Part shown: positions 56,691-64,000 of the stretch, piece by piece | Layout: each line of letters begins with the position of its first letter | Numbering within the stretch: the stretch's first letter is position 1 | DNA from: a phage | Strand: one strand, 5' to 3' | Sequence record: PZ386969.1 | Length of the DNA: 64,000 nt | Made by a program: the position numbers and the translations under genes | Notes under the pieces: model-generated | Seen by the model: only the letters and a program-made list of their open reading frames with translations | What the model was told of the DNA's origin: nothing | Databases searched by the model: none

Positions 56691-57071
56691 ATGAAAGAGT
56701 ATAAAGATGTCGATCTGAAGTTCGGCATGCATCCGGTGACCAAAGATGTCACCATGAAATCAGGTGTGTATGCTGTCTTACAATCCGTGCGGAATATCGT
56801 CATGTCTTCAGTCGGGGACTGGCCCACTTATCCTGGGATCGGCGCGGGACTTTATGGGCTGCTGGGTGAAAACACGACACCGACTATCCAGGTAGATGTG
56901 AAGAACAAAGTAGAGGACGCCATCGCCCTGTATGAACCCAGAGCAGAGGTAGAAGAAGTCACGGTGAGTCTGTCAGAGGATTACCACTCTCTGGGCGTGA
57001 CCATCACATTCTATGTGGTCAACAATCCAGATCCAATAACAGACACCGTGTGGTTGAAAAGGACGAATTAG
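56691..57071 (+). CDS. Baseplate wedge protein (T4 gp25-like)
   Basis: 126 aa; gp25/GPW-type sequence including DWPTYPGIG. Confidence 0.7.
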   Translation: MKEYKDVDLKFGMHPVTKDVTMKSGVYAVLQSVRNIVMSSVGDWPTYPGIGAGLYGLLGENTTPTIQVDVKNKVEDAIALYEPRAEVEEVTVSLSEDYHSLGVTITFYVVNNPDPITDTVWLKRTN

Positions 57072-57418
57072 AATTTCGTCCTGAATGCCGGAGCCACGAC
57101 TAACATGAAGTGGCTCAATAACCTGAACATTTCTTTGCCGTTGAATTGGTAGAGGATAATCATCGGCCTGACGTCAACCACTGATCCCTCCAGCTTCTTG
57201 TTCAACACAAATCTGGAACCCACACTGACCTTTCCGCGCTCTTCGTCTCCTGGTTTGTCGTAGACCACGCAACTGGTGGCATAACCGATCTGAGATCCAT
57301 CCTCAGACCGCAAGGGCAGCATATGCCCTTCAGACATCAGATGATGCAGGTTCTGGTATAAACCTTTGTCTGGTATGGGGACTGCCAGCTGCATTCTCAA
57401 CTCTTTGTAATCTTGCAT
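57068..57418 (-). CDS. Hypothetical protein
   Basis: ORF convergent with gp25. Confidence 0.4.
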   Translation of the reverse strand: MQDYKELRMQLAVPIPDKGLYQNLHHLMSEGHMLPLRSEDGSQIGYATSCVVYDKPGDEERGKVSVGSRFVLNKKLEGSVVDVRPMIILYQFNGKEMFRLLSHFMLVVAPAFRTKF

Positions 57419-57423
57419 GAGGA

Positions 57424-57885
57424 CTACTCCGCCAGGGTGATCACAACCATATTTAAGACTGTGTCGATAGCTCGGCCTGTTTCCTCTTCATGGAGGGTTT
57501 CGGCGCGGAGGTGCACGTCGGTGATGAAATTGTCGATGTGCATTGACGTCAGATACGGGCGGTGTTGACTGACCGGGCGGTTGACCAGAACATAATTGCG
57601 CAATGTGTTGAAGTCCTGATGAGAGCACCCCGTTGTATCGATACGAAGGAAGCGTTCGTTGTGGCTTGTCTTCAACTCAGTCACCTTGCCGAGGTAGACC
57701 AGAGGTCCATTGCGACCGATACGGAACATGACATCAACAACAGACTTGAAGATTTCGCGTTCAATCAGTGCGGTGGGTGACCAGCAGATCTCTTCTTTGT
57801 CGTCGGCGTACAGGGTGTCGATCACCAGAGGGAGTTGAATGTAACCGAAGTTGTGCAGTGGGTTGGTGAGTACTTTGTTTGTCAT
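57424..57885 (-). CDS. Hypothetical protein
   Basis: ORF only. Confidence 0.45.
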   Translation of the reverse strand: MTNKVLTNPLHNFGYIQLPLVIDTLYADDKEEICWSPTALIEREIFKSVVDVMFRIGRNGPLVYLGKVTELKTSHNERFLRIDTTGCSHQDFNTLRNYVLVNRPVSQHRPYLTSMHIDNFITDVHLRAETLHEEETGRAIDTVLNMVVITLAE

Positions 57886-57896
57886 GATATAGTTCC

Positions 57897-58157
57897 TTAT
57901 TTCACATATTCAAGGGCTTTGGTCAGACCAAAGCGAAGACGTTCACGAGCAACCTTCAATTCTTCTCGGTCTTTACCTTGACCGTTGTTGTCGTGATTCA
58001 TAATGATTTCGTGGTTGACCACGGCGCGGAGGGTTCTGAGTTCACCTATCCAATATGCCTTGTTAGCAGCACAGCCGCGTTTGGCTGTCATGGCGTGGTA
58101 TTTCATTGAGGTGTCGTAGACTTCAGAGTCGGTCATGATATAGTTCCTGCTGTTCAA
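57897..58157 (-). CDS. Hypothetical protein
   Basis: ORF only. Confidence 0.4.
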   Translation of the reverse strand: MNSRNYIMTDSEVYDTSMKYHAMTAKRGCAANKAYWIGELRTLRAVVNHEIIMNHDNNGQGKDREELKVARERLRFGLTKALEYVK

Positions 58158-58202
58158 TTTGTGGCGAATGCCAATGAATTACTGGGAAGTATAAGCGCAG
58201 GG

Positions 58203-58236
58203 ATTATAGAAGTAAAGCCCCTCAATGAGGGGCTTT
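58203..58236 (-). promoter_or_regulatory. Hairpin followed by - strand TATAAT downstream of the RNR operon
   Basis: Stem AGCCCCTC/GAGGGGCT at 58216-58234; - strand TATAAT at 58208-58203. Confidence 0.4.
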
Positions 58237-58242
58237 GGCTTG

Positions 58243-58467
58243 TCAGCGTTTAAGGCTGGCGGCGAGTCCATTAACGTCGGTCACGGTCTGGTCAGCGAGG
58301 ACGATTACAGGCATCGACACGCGCGGCTTACCCGTCAACTGCTGAAGTTCTTCCAGCCGGTAATCTTTGTCCAGCTTGAGGATCTTGTGTTCCAGCCCTT
58401 TCATTTTGCACAGATTTTCGGCTGTTACACACTGAGCGCAACCTTGTTTGGAATAGATCGTAATCAT
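58243..58467 (-). CDS. Glutaredoxin / NrdH-like redoxin
   Basis: 74 aa with CAQC redox motif; directly downstream of nrdB. Confidence 0.65.
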   Translation of the reverse strand: MITIYSKQGCAQCVTAENLCKMKGLEHKILKLDKDYRLEELQQLTGKPRVSMPVIVLADQTVTDVNGLAASLKR

Positions 58468-58476
58468 TTCTCACCT

Positions 58477-59580
58477 TTAAGCGAATTTGAGGCCATCGGA
58501 TACCGAACCAGTCAGTACACCCATCAGATAATCAGGAGCTTCCGCTTCCTGCAACGCGTACTGCATTGCCTTATTATCTAGCCAGTCATTAATCCATGGG
58601 ACTGGGTTCTCCTTGCGAGGTTCACCGGGATATGGGTGCCCGATAGCGCCCATCCGGTGGGTTGCCAGCCAGTCTACCATCTGATGAAGGATCTTGGCGT
58701 TCAGCCCCAGGATGGAACCGTCTTTGAATAGGTAGTTCGCCCACTCCTTCTCCTGATGGACCACGTCCAGGAACATCTGGGTCATCTCACCACGCAGTTC
58801 CTCACGGATGATTGCAAAGTCAGGGTCCATACCAGGCAGGCGGTTTAGCAGCGTCTGGGTCAGGATCAGGTGATCCTGCTCATCACGGGCGATCTGTCGA
58901 ATGATTTTGGCATTGCCTTCCATCTTCTTCTGGAACTGTGTGAATGCCCAAGAGCATGCAAAGGACACGTAGAAGCGGATGCCTTCCAGTGTGTTGGCAG
59001 CAAACAGAGCACGCCAGAATGCGCGTTTGGCATTCATCAGATCTTCTCGGGTGAAGATGCGTCCGGCCATACGCATGCCACTGTACTGTACCATGTCATC
59101 GTAGTACACACTGATCTGGTGAGCACAGTCCACGATCTCCACAACATCCAGTACGTGGTCAAACACAATACCTGGATCGTTCACAGTATTGCGCAAAATG
59201 TGGGTGTAAGATAAAGAGTGAATGGCTTCCTGGCGCGTCCATTCAAGGACAGCAAACTGCATTTCAGGGGTAGACGCCCATGGACCAAACGCCTCGAACG
59301 GAGCCGCACCCTGGATAGAGTCCAGCATGGTCTGGCGCTTCAGGTTGCTGAAGTAGACATGTTTCTCTGCTTCGTTCAGAGTAGCGAAGTCTGCCTTGTC
59401 CTTGGTGATGTCCACCTCTTCAGGACGCCAGAATTGACTGAGACCTTTCTCATACCACTTCTGTACGAATGGCCAGGCCACGACATCGTAACGCTGAATG
59501 CTCACTGGGTCACCGAAGAACGGCAGACCAGTGTTATCGGAGCTTGGGTCGAATACGGAGAATTGTTTCTGTTCGCTCAT
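58477..59580 (-). CDS. nrdB: Ribonucleotide reductase class Ia beta subunit
   Basis: Ferritin-like di-iron R2 sequence; start re-set to ATG 59580 (MSEQKQ), 1 nt after upstream stop. Confidence 0.85.
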   Translation of the reverse strand: MSEQKQFSVFDPSSDNTGLPFFGDPVSIQRYDVVAWPFVQKWYEKGLSQFWRPEEVDITKDKADFATLNEAEKHVYFSNLKRQTMLDSIQGAAPFEAFGPWASTPEMQFAVLEWTRQEAIHSLSYTHILRNTVNDPGIVFDHVLDVVEIVDCAHQISVYYDDMVQYSGMRMAGRIFTREDLMNAKRAFWRALFAANTLEGIRFYVSFACSWAFTQFQKKMEGNAKIIRQIARDEQDHLILTQTLLNRLPGMDPDFAIIREELRGEMTQMFLDVVHQEKEWANYLFKDGSILGLNAKILHQMVDWLATHRMGAIGHPYPGEPRKENPVPWINDWLDNKAMQYALQEAEAPDYLMGVLTGSVSDGLKFA

Positions 59581-59581
59581 G

Positions 59582-59875
59582 TTATGCCTTGCCTTCGTGG
59601 AGTTTGATCTGTTCGGTGGTAATGTAATTCTTGATGTTAACAACAAAATCCCGGCGTTTGTCTGCAGGTAATTTGCTGAGGTCTAGAAGGATGTGAGTAC
59701 GGTTCACAGTATCCATTGGATCCGTGTAGTTCAACGGGATAGCCGTGACTTCGCCGCCGTTGTGCCAAGCAGTGGCCACCTTCACGTTGCGCAGAACATT
59801 CTCCGCTTCCATTTTGCTGTTGTGTTCGAGCAAGATACCTGGTTGGCCAGGGACTAACAATAACGTTTGGAACAT
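59582..59875 (-). CDS. Hypothetical protein between nrdA and nrdB
   Basis: ORF filling the nrdA-nrdB gap. Confidence 0.4.
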   Translation of the reverse strand: MFQTLLLVPGQPGILLEHNSKMEAENVLRNVKVATAWHNGGEVTAIPLNYTDPMDTVNRTHILLDLSKLPADKRRDFVVNIKNYITTEQIKLHEGKA

Positions 59876-59944
59876 ATAGAACTCCTGATGAATAGGGGTG
59901 ATCTCTCACCCCTGATGATATAACGGTAGTAGGTTTAGACCAAT

Positions 59945-62227
59945 TTATACAACACAGCTATCGCACTGAGTTTCCTCAGCCTGCTTCAGCTCTTCGTCTT
60001 CCTTGGCGTCCTTGTTTGTGTTGTAATACAGAGTCTTGCCACCCCACATATAGAACGACAGGATATCCTGCATCATCTTGGCGCGAGGGATCTTGCTGTC
60101 AGGGTACTTCTCTGGGTCATACCACGTGTTGGTACTGATGGACTGGTCAACCCAGCGCTGGATGACAGCAGCGGTCTTCAGGTACTCAATACAGTCCAGG
60201 TCCCACTTGAGGTCATACATCGGTCCAAGGGTCTCAACGTCCGGGACGACCTGCTTATAAGTGCCGTCCTTGCTACCCTTGATGCTCACCAAGCCCTTCG
60301 GTGGCTCAATGCCGTTCGTTGCGTTGAGGACCTGTGAGGAGCTTTCGGTAGGGGCTACTGCCAGCAGAGTGGCGTTGCGGATACCATAGGTCTTCAGATT
60401 ATCCTTCAACTCATCCCAATCCAGCCCGTATGCCATCCCTTCTGGCTTCTTGCCATTTGGTAGGATATCAAGTGGAAGCGGCTGAAGGTCGGCGGTGACC
60501 TGCCCATTATTGTGGATGGTTCTGCGTTTACACGCCCCGAACTTCATGGCCAGACGGTTGGACGCCTTGACCAGATAGAAGTGCAGGTGTGCCATCCACG
60601 CATCCAGCATTTCAAGACCAGCTGGTGAGCCATAGCCCGTGAAGTTCTTGGCCAGGAAGTGAGCCACATTCACGATACCAACACCCAGAGGACGATAGTC
60701 TTCAACAGCCTTGCGAGCCTGAATCGCTGGATAGTCCTGATATTCCAACAGCATGTCCAGCGCAGACACCAACACGAACGCCACGTCTTCCATTTCCGTA
60801 GGATCTTCGAACGCTGTCAGGTTGAAGGAAGCCAGGGTGCACAGAGCCACGCGCCCGTTTTCATCGTTGTACTGCTCAAACTCACGGGTCGGCAGGGCGA
60901 TTTCTAAACAAAGATTTGAAGAATAAATCGTGTCTAGGTTGAATGGACTGTATTCATTCATGTGATCGACAAATGCGATGTAGATGCGGCCTGTGTCTGA
61001 ACGCTGGTCTAACAGCATCTGGAACACCTCTTCTGCCTGCAACTTTTTAGCACGAACCAAACCAGCATCAGCGGCCTTGATCATGTTCTCATACAGAGTA
61101 CGGAACTTGTCAACGTCAGCGAAGTATGCTTCATACATTTCGCGGTTGTCTTTCGGGTCGAACAGATACAGAGGCTGCTTGGCAACAAGGCGCTCAAACA
61201 TCACGCGGTTGATCTGAATGCCATAGTCGATACGACGTTCGCGGTTTTCTTCAGTACCACGGTTGTTCTTCAGAACAACGACGTCATCGAACTGGTAATG
61301 CCACAGAGGGATGTACGCTGTTGCTGCACCACCACGAATGCCGCCCTGAGAGCACGATTTGAGTGCCCCAGTGAGATACTTGATGAACGGGATCAGGCCT
61401 GTGTGAACCATCTCTCCGCCGCGAATAGGACTACCAATCCCACGGATTGCCCCGACATCGAAGCCGATACCCGCACGTTTGGACACATAGTCAACGATGG
61501 TCTTGGCTGTTGCGTTGATAGAGTTCAGGGTGTCATCAGTCTTGATTAACACACAGGAACTGAACTGACGGGTAGGAGTACGAACACCTGCCATAATCGG
61601 GGTGGGAAGACTGAACTTGCCTGTGCTGGCATATTCATAGAACTTTTTCACCATCTCCAGGCGGCTGGCTTTGTCCCAGTTAGAGAACAACGCCATGGCG
61701 ATGCCCATGTACATGACCTGAGGGGTTTCGTAGAAGATCTTGCTGTCTTTCTTGGAACGGTCGCGCAACAGGTACTTCTCAGTCAGCTGACCCATGGCCG
61801 CCCACGTGAAGTTCTTATCGCGTTTGTGATTGATGACGTCGTTCAGCTCGTTGAACTCTTCGGTCGTGTAGAGATCAAGGAACTCACGATCATACACGCG
61901 CTGTTTGATGTTCTTGACGAAGATGTCCAGCAGGTGAGGCGGCTTGTACTGACCATAGACAGCCTTGCGCAGATCATACGACTTCAGACGAGCAGCCACA
62001 TACTGGTAATTGGGTTTGTCTACAGAGATCAGTGAAGCCGCAGCCTGGATGAGGATATCCTGAATGCGATCTGTTCTCATGTTGTCGGTGAACTGAATCT
62101 TAGATGCAGCGATCACCTCTGACATTGACACACCAGACAGGCCATCACATGCGCGGTCTACGACTGCGTGTAGTTTCTCAATATCAAATGGGACAGAAGA
62201 TCCGTCACGTTTTATAACGTTAATCAT
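59945..62227 (-). CDS. nrdA: Ribonucleotide reductase class Ia alpha subunit
   Basis: 760 aa; ATP-cone N-terminus (MINVIKRDGSSVPFDIEKL) and RNR large-subunit core. Confidence 0.9.
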   Translation of the reverse strand: MINVIKRDGSSVPFDIEKLHAVVDRACDGLSGVSMSEVIAASKIQFTDNMRTDRIQDILIQAAASLISVDKPNYQYVAARLKSYDLRKAVYGQYKPPHLLDIFVKNIKQRVYDREFLDLYTTEEFNELNDVINHKRDKNFTWAAMGQLTEKYLLRDRSKKDSKIFYETPQVMYMGIAMALFSNWDKASRLEMVKKFYEYASTGKFSLPTPIMAGVRTPTRQFSSCVLIKTDDTLNSINATAKTIVDYVSKRAGIGFDVGAIRGIGSPIRGGEMVHTGLIPFIKYLTGALKSCSQGGIRGGAATAYIPLWHYQFDDVVVLKNNRGTEENRERRIDYGIQINRVMFERLVAKQPLYLFDPKDNREMYEAYFADVDKFRTLYENMIKAADAGLVRAKKLQAEEVFQMLLDQRSDTGRIYIAFVDHMNEYSPFNLDTIYSSNLCLEIALPTREFEQYNDENGRVALCTLASFNLTAFEDPTEMEDVAFVLVSALDMLLEYQDYPAIQARKAVEDYRPLGVGIVNVAHFLAKNFTGYGSPAGLEMLDAWMAHLHFYLVKASNRLAMKFGACKRRTIHNNGQVTADLQPLPLDILPNGKKPEGMAYGLDWDELKDNLKTYGIRNATLLAVAPTESSSQVLNATNGIEPPKGLVSIKGSKDGTYKQVVPDVETLGPMYDLKWDLDCIEYLKTAAVIQRWVDQSISTNTWYDPEKYPDSKIPRAKMMQDILSFYMWGGKTLYYNTNKDAKEDEELKQAEETQCDSCVV

Positions 62228-62257
62228 GGTGTTCCTCGGGTTTGTTTACGCAGGTTT

Positions 62258-62283
62258 ATTATACGCCGCCCTCGTAGATTGAA
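62258..62283 (-). promoter_or_regulatory. Promoter-like motif TTCAAT-N14-TATAAT (- strand) upstream of nrdA
   Basis: - strand TTCAAT 62283-62278 in the loop of hairpin CGCCGCC/GGCGGCG, TATAAT 62263-62258, 30 nt upstream of ATG. Confidence 0.5.
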
Positions 62284-62309
62284 GGCGGCGGGGAGGGTTG
62301 GTGAGTTAC

Positions 62310-63152
62310 TTAAATGTCGTACAGATCGTTGACTTCCAGCATCAGGCGGGTGAAGTCGCCGCGCCCGTTGCGGTCAGACTTGTCGAACTCGATGATACTG
62401 AACGGCTGAACCCATTCAGGGTACTCATCACCGACGCCAACACCATCGATCTTCAGGGTTCCGGCCTCCAGCTTGGCGTTGAAGTCGCGGAAGGAACTGA
62501 CGTACTTTTCAAGGGCGCTGTCGCGCAGGCGCTTGTTGGACTGTTTGATGTCACCGTTGACGAAGATGTAAGTCGAGTCGGATGCGCGGGTCAGTAGGTT
62601 CTTCAACTGCTCCATATCACATTCCTGCGCTTCTTCAATGATCAGGAAGGTGTCGTCGAAGGTCATCCCCTTGATGGTCTCCAGATCCTGGATCTCAATG
62701 ATCCGCTTCTCCCACAGATAGTTGAAGAAACCGTCGCTACCTGTGTCAGTCTTCAGCACCTTCTTCAGCGTCTGAATCAGGGGCATCAGATATGGCATCA
62801 GTTTTTCGTATGTGTCGCCAGGGCGGAAGCCTGCAGTCTGGCCTGTTGGCAGCGGAGAGCGCGTGATGACGATCTTGCTGACCACTTTATCGATCAGGAG
62901 CTTGGCGGCGGCTGAGGCACCACAATACGATTTACCTGTGCCTGCCGGACCGATTGCGATGGTGAGGTTTTCTTCAAGAGCAGATTGATACGCGAGGTTC
63001 TGATTTTCTGAGAGGCCATTGAACGGAGCGATTCTGAAGTCACCTTTAGAGAACTTCATCCAGTCATCTTCTTTCTGGATTGTCTCTTTCTTACGTGCTG
63101 ACTTGGTCTTGCCCGCTGGCTTCTTACTTACAACTTTGGTGGCAGATTGCAT
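62310..63152 (-). CDS. phoH: PhoH-like ATPase
   Basis: Walker A GPAGTGKS and PhoH-type downstream motifs. Confidence 0.8.
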   Translation of the reverse strand: MQSATKVVSKKPAGKTKSARKKETIQKEDDWMKFSKGDFRIAPFNGLSENQNLAYQSALEENLTIAIGPAGTGKSYCGASAAAKLLIDKVVSKIVITRSPLPTGQTAGFRPGDTYEKLMPYLMPLIQTLKKVLKTDTGSDGFFNYLWEKRIIEIQDLETIKGMTFDDTFLIIEEAQECDMEQLKNLLTRASDSTYIFVNGDIKQSNKRLRDSALEKYVSSFRDFNAKLEAGTLKIDGVGVGDEYPEWVQPFSIIEFDKSDRNGRGDFTRLMLEVNDLYDI

Positions 63153-63254
63153 GGGAACCTTCCTATATCTCAGGGTGTCATCACCTCTAATTAAGGTGAC
63201 AACCCCAGCATACCTGAGGATTGGATAAAGAAAAGGCCGTTTCCGGCCTTTGAG

Positions 63255-64000
63255 TTAACTGAAACTCTTGTATGCTGCTGCGAGCTTCTTGTCGTACTGG
63301 TTCTTGGCATACGCCGGACCATTATAGCGCCGTGCAAATTCAGACCAGTTCTTGTCCTTCAGAGCCTGCCAGAGCTTGGCGTCAGCCTTGATGAACTTCA
63401 CGAATGCCATCAAATGAGCACGTTCTCCTGTCAGGAAGTCGTTGAACATCTCCTTGGCGTTGGCATATCCACAGACCTGGCAGTTGAATCCCATGATCTG
63501 GAAGAGACCGTAAGAGGCACTCTCGTACGCACAATCCTCGTCGATGTTGATCGCTGCATGAAGTCGATCCAACTCCGCGTCACCACCCGTGTACCCGCCT
63601 GCGGAAGGACTGACCAACGTCGGGTACATATGTCCCATGGCATTCGCCCGAGCCTGTCCGAACTTCGCCGTCAGCTTCTTATACATGATGTGGCGCTCAA
63701 ATAATGTCTTGATCTTACCTGACTTGGTGAAGCCCGTACCGCGTGACTCAACCTGATTCACCGCCTTGGCAGAGGCGAGGTCAACACCCAGATCGTTAGC
63801 AGCATCAATCAGGTCTGATTCAGTTAGATGATCCTGATGGGCGTCTCCGGCGTTGCGAATAGCATAGGAGGTCTTTGGACCTACGATACCATCAATGACA
63901 AGCCCCGCACCCGCCTGAACAGTCTTGACAGCGTTCTCTGTTGCCTTGCCAAAGATACCATCAGCGACGAGGGTGAAGCCGATTTTGTTGAGGCTATTCT
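63255..64000 (-). CDS. Endolysin, partial (peptidoglycan-binding domain plus muramidase-like domain), N-terminus beyond window
   Basis: Frame stays open upstream of the track start to the window edge; hand translation of 63762-64000 gives a PG_binding_1-like repeat (ADGIFGKATENAVKTVQAGAGLVIDGIVGPKT); C-terminal catalytic domain. Confidence 0.6.
   Translation of the reverse strand, partial: NSLNKIGFTLVADGIFGKATENAVKTVQAGAGLVIDGIVGPKTSYAIRNAGDAHQDHLTESDLIDAANDLGVDLASAKAVNQVESRGTGFTKSGKIKTLFERHIMYKKLTAKFGQARANAMGHMYPTLVSPSAGGYTGGDAELDRLHAAINIDEDCAYESASYGLFQIMGFNCQVCGYANAKEMFNDFLTGERAHLMAFVKFIKADAKLWQALKDKNWSEFARRYNGPAYAKNQYDKKLAAAYKSFS

Noticed and set aside
1-64000. CRISPR array, integrase, transposase or other mobile element
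   Set aside because: No direct-repeat/spacer arrays, no recombinase-like ORFs and no terminal inverted repeats were seen; the window looks like a contiguous lytic phage genome

Overview
This window is a gene-dense segment of a large lytic T4-like myovirus genome (a distant relative of T4; an Ackermannviridae-like phage is possible but cannot be settled from sequence alone). No rRNA, tRNA, CRISPR array, integrase or transposase was seen. Recognisable content, all by reading the supplied translations against remembered T4 protein sequences (no search was run): rIIA/rIIB, topoisomerase II large and medium subunits, gp41-like helicase, UvsX, gp32 SSB, gp59-like loader, DNA ligase, class Ia ribonucleotide reductase (nrdA, nrdB, glutaredoxin-like), dCMP deaminase, PhoH, a partial endolysin, and virion genes (gp5-like hub with a CHAP-like domain, gp25, gp4-like head completion, two tail-tube-fold baseplate proteins, a tape-measure-like protein). 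Genes run on the + strand from 1 to 27.1 kb and are mostly on the - strand from 32.7 kb onward, with structural genes in three separate + strand blocks. The most interesting signals are: (1) a nucleotide-modification module (gp56-like dCTPase/dUTPase, gp1-like dNMP kinase, a T4 gp42-like pyrimidine hydroxymethylase lacking the canonical thymidylate-synthase PCH motif, a P-loop kinase with a paralogue elsewhere, plus adjacent unknown genes) that implies hydroxymethylated and possibly hypermodified DNA; (2) a recurrent promoter-like motif TTCAAT-N12-16-TATAAT(-like), found 9 times, often with the -10 element inside the loop of a terminator-like hairpin; (3) a set of candidate anti-defence accessory genes (NADAR-like, MazG-like, macro domain). 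Many starts were re-assigned from the ORF track using RBS and stop/start overlaps, and many track ORFs lying antisense inside strong genes are treated as spurious.
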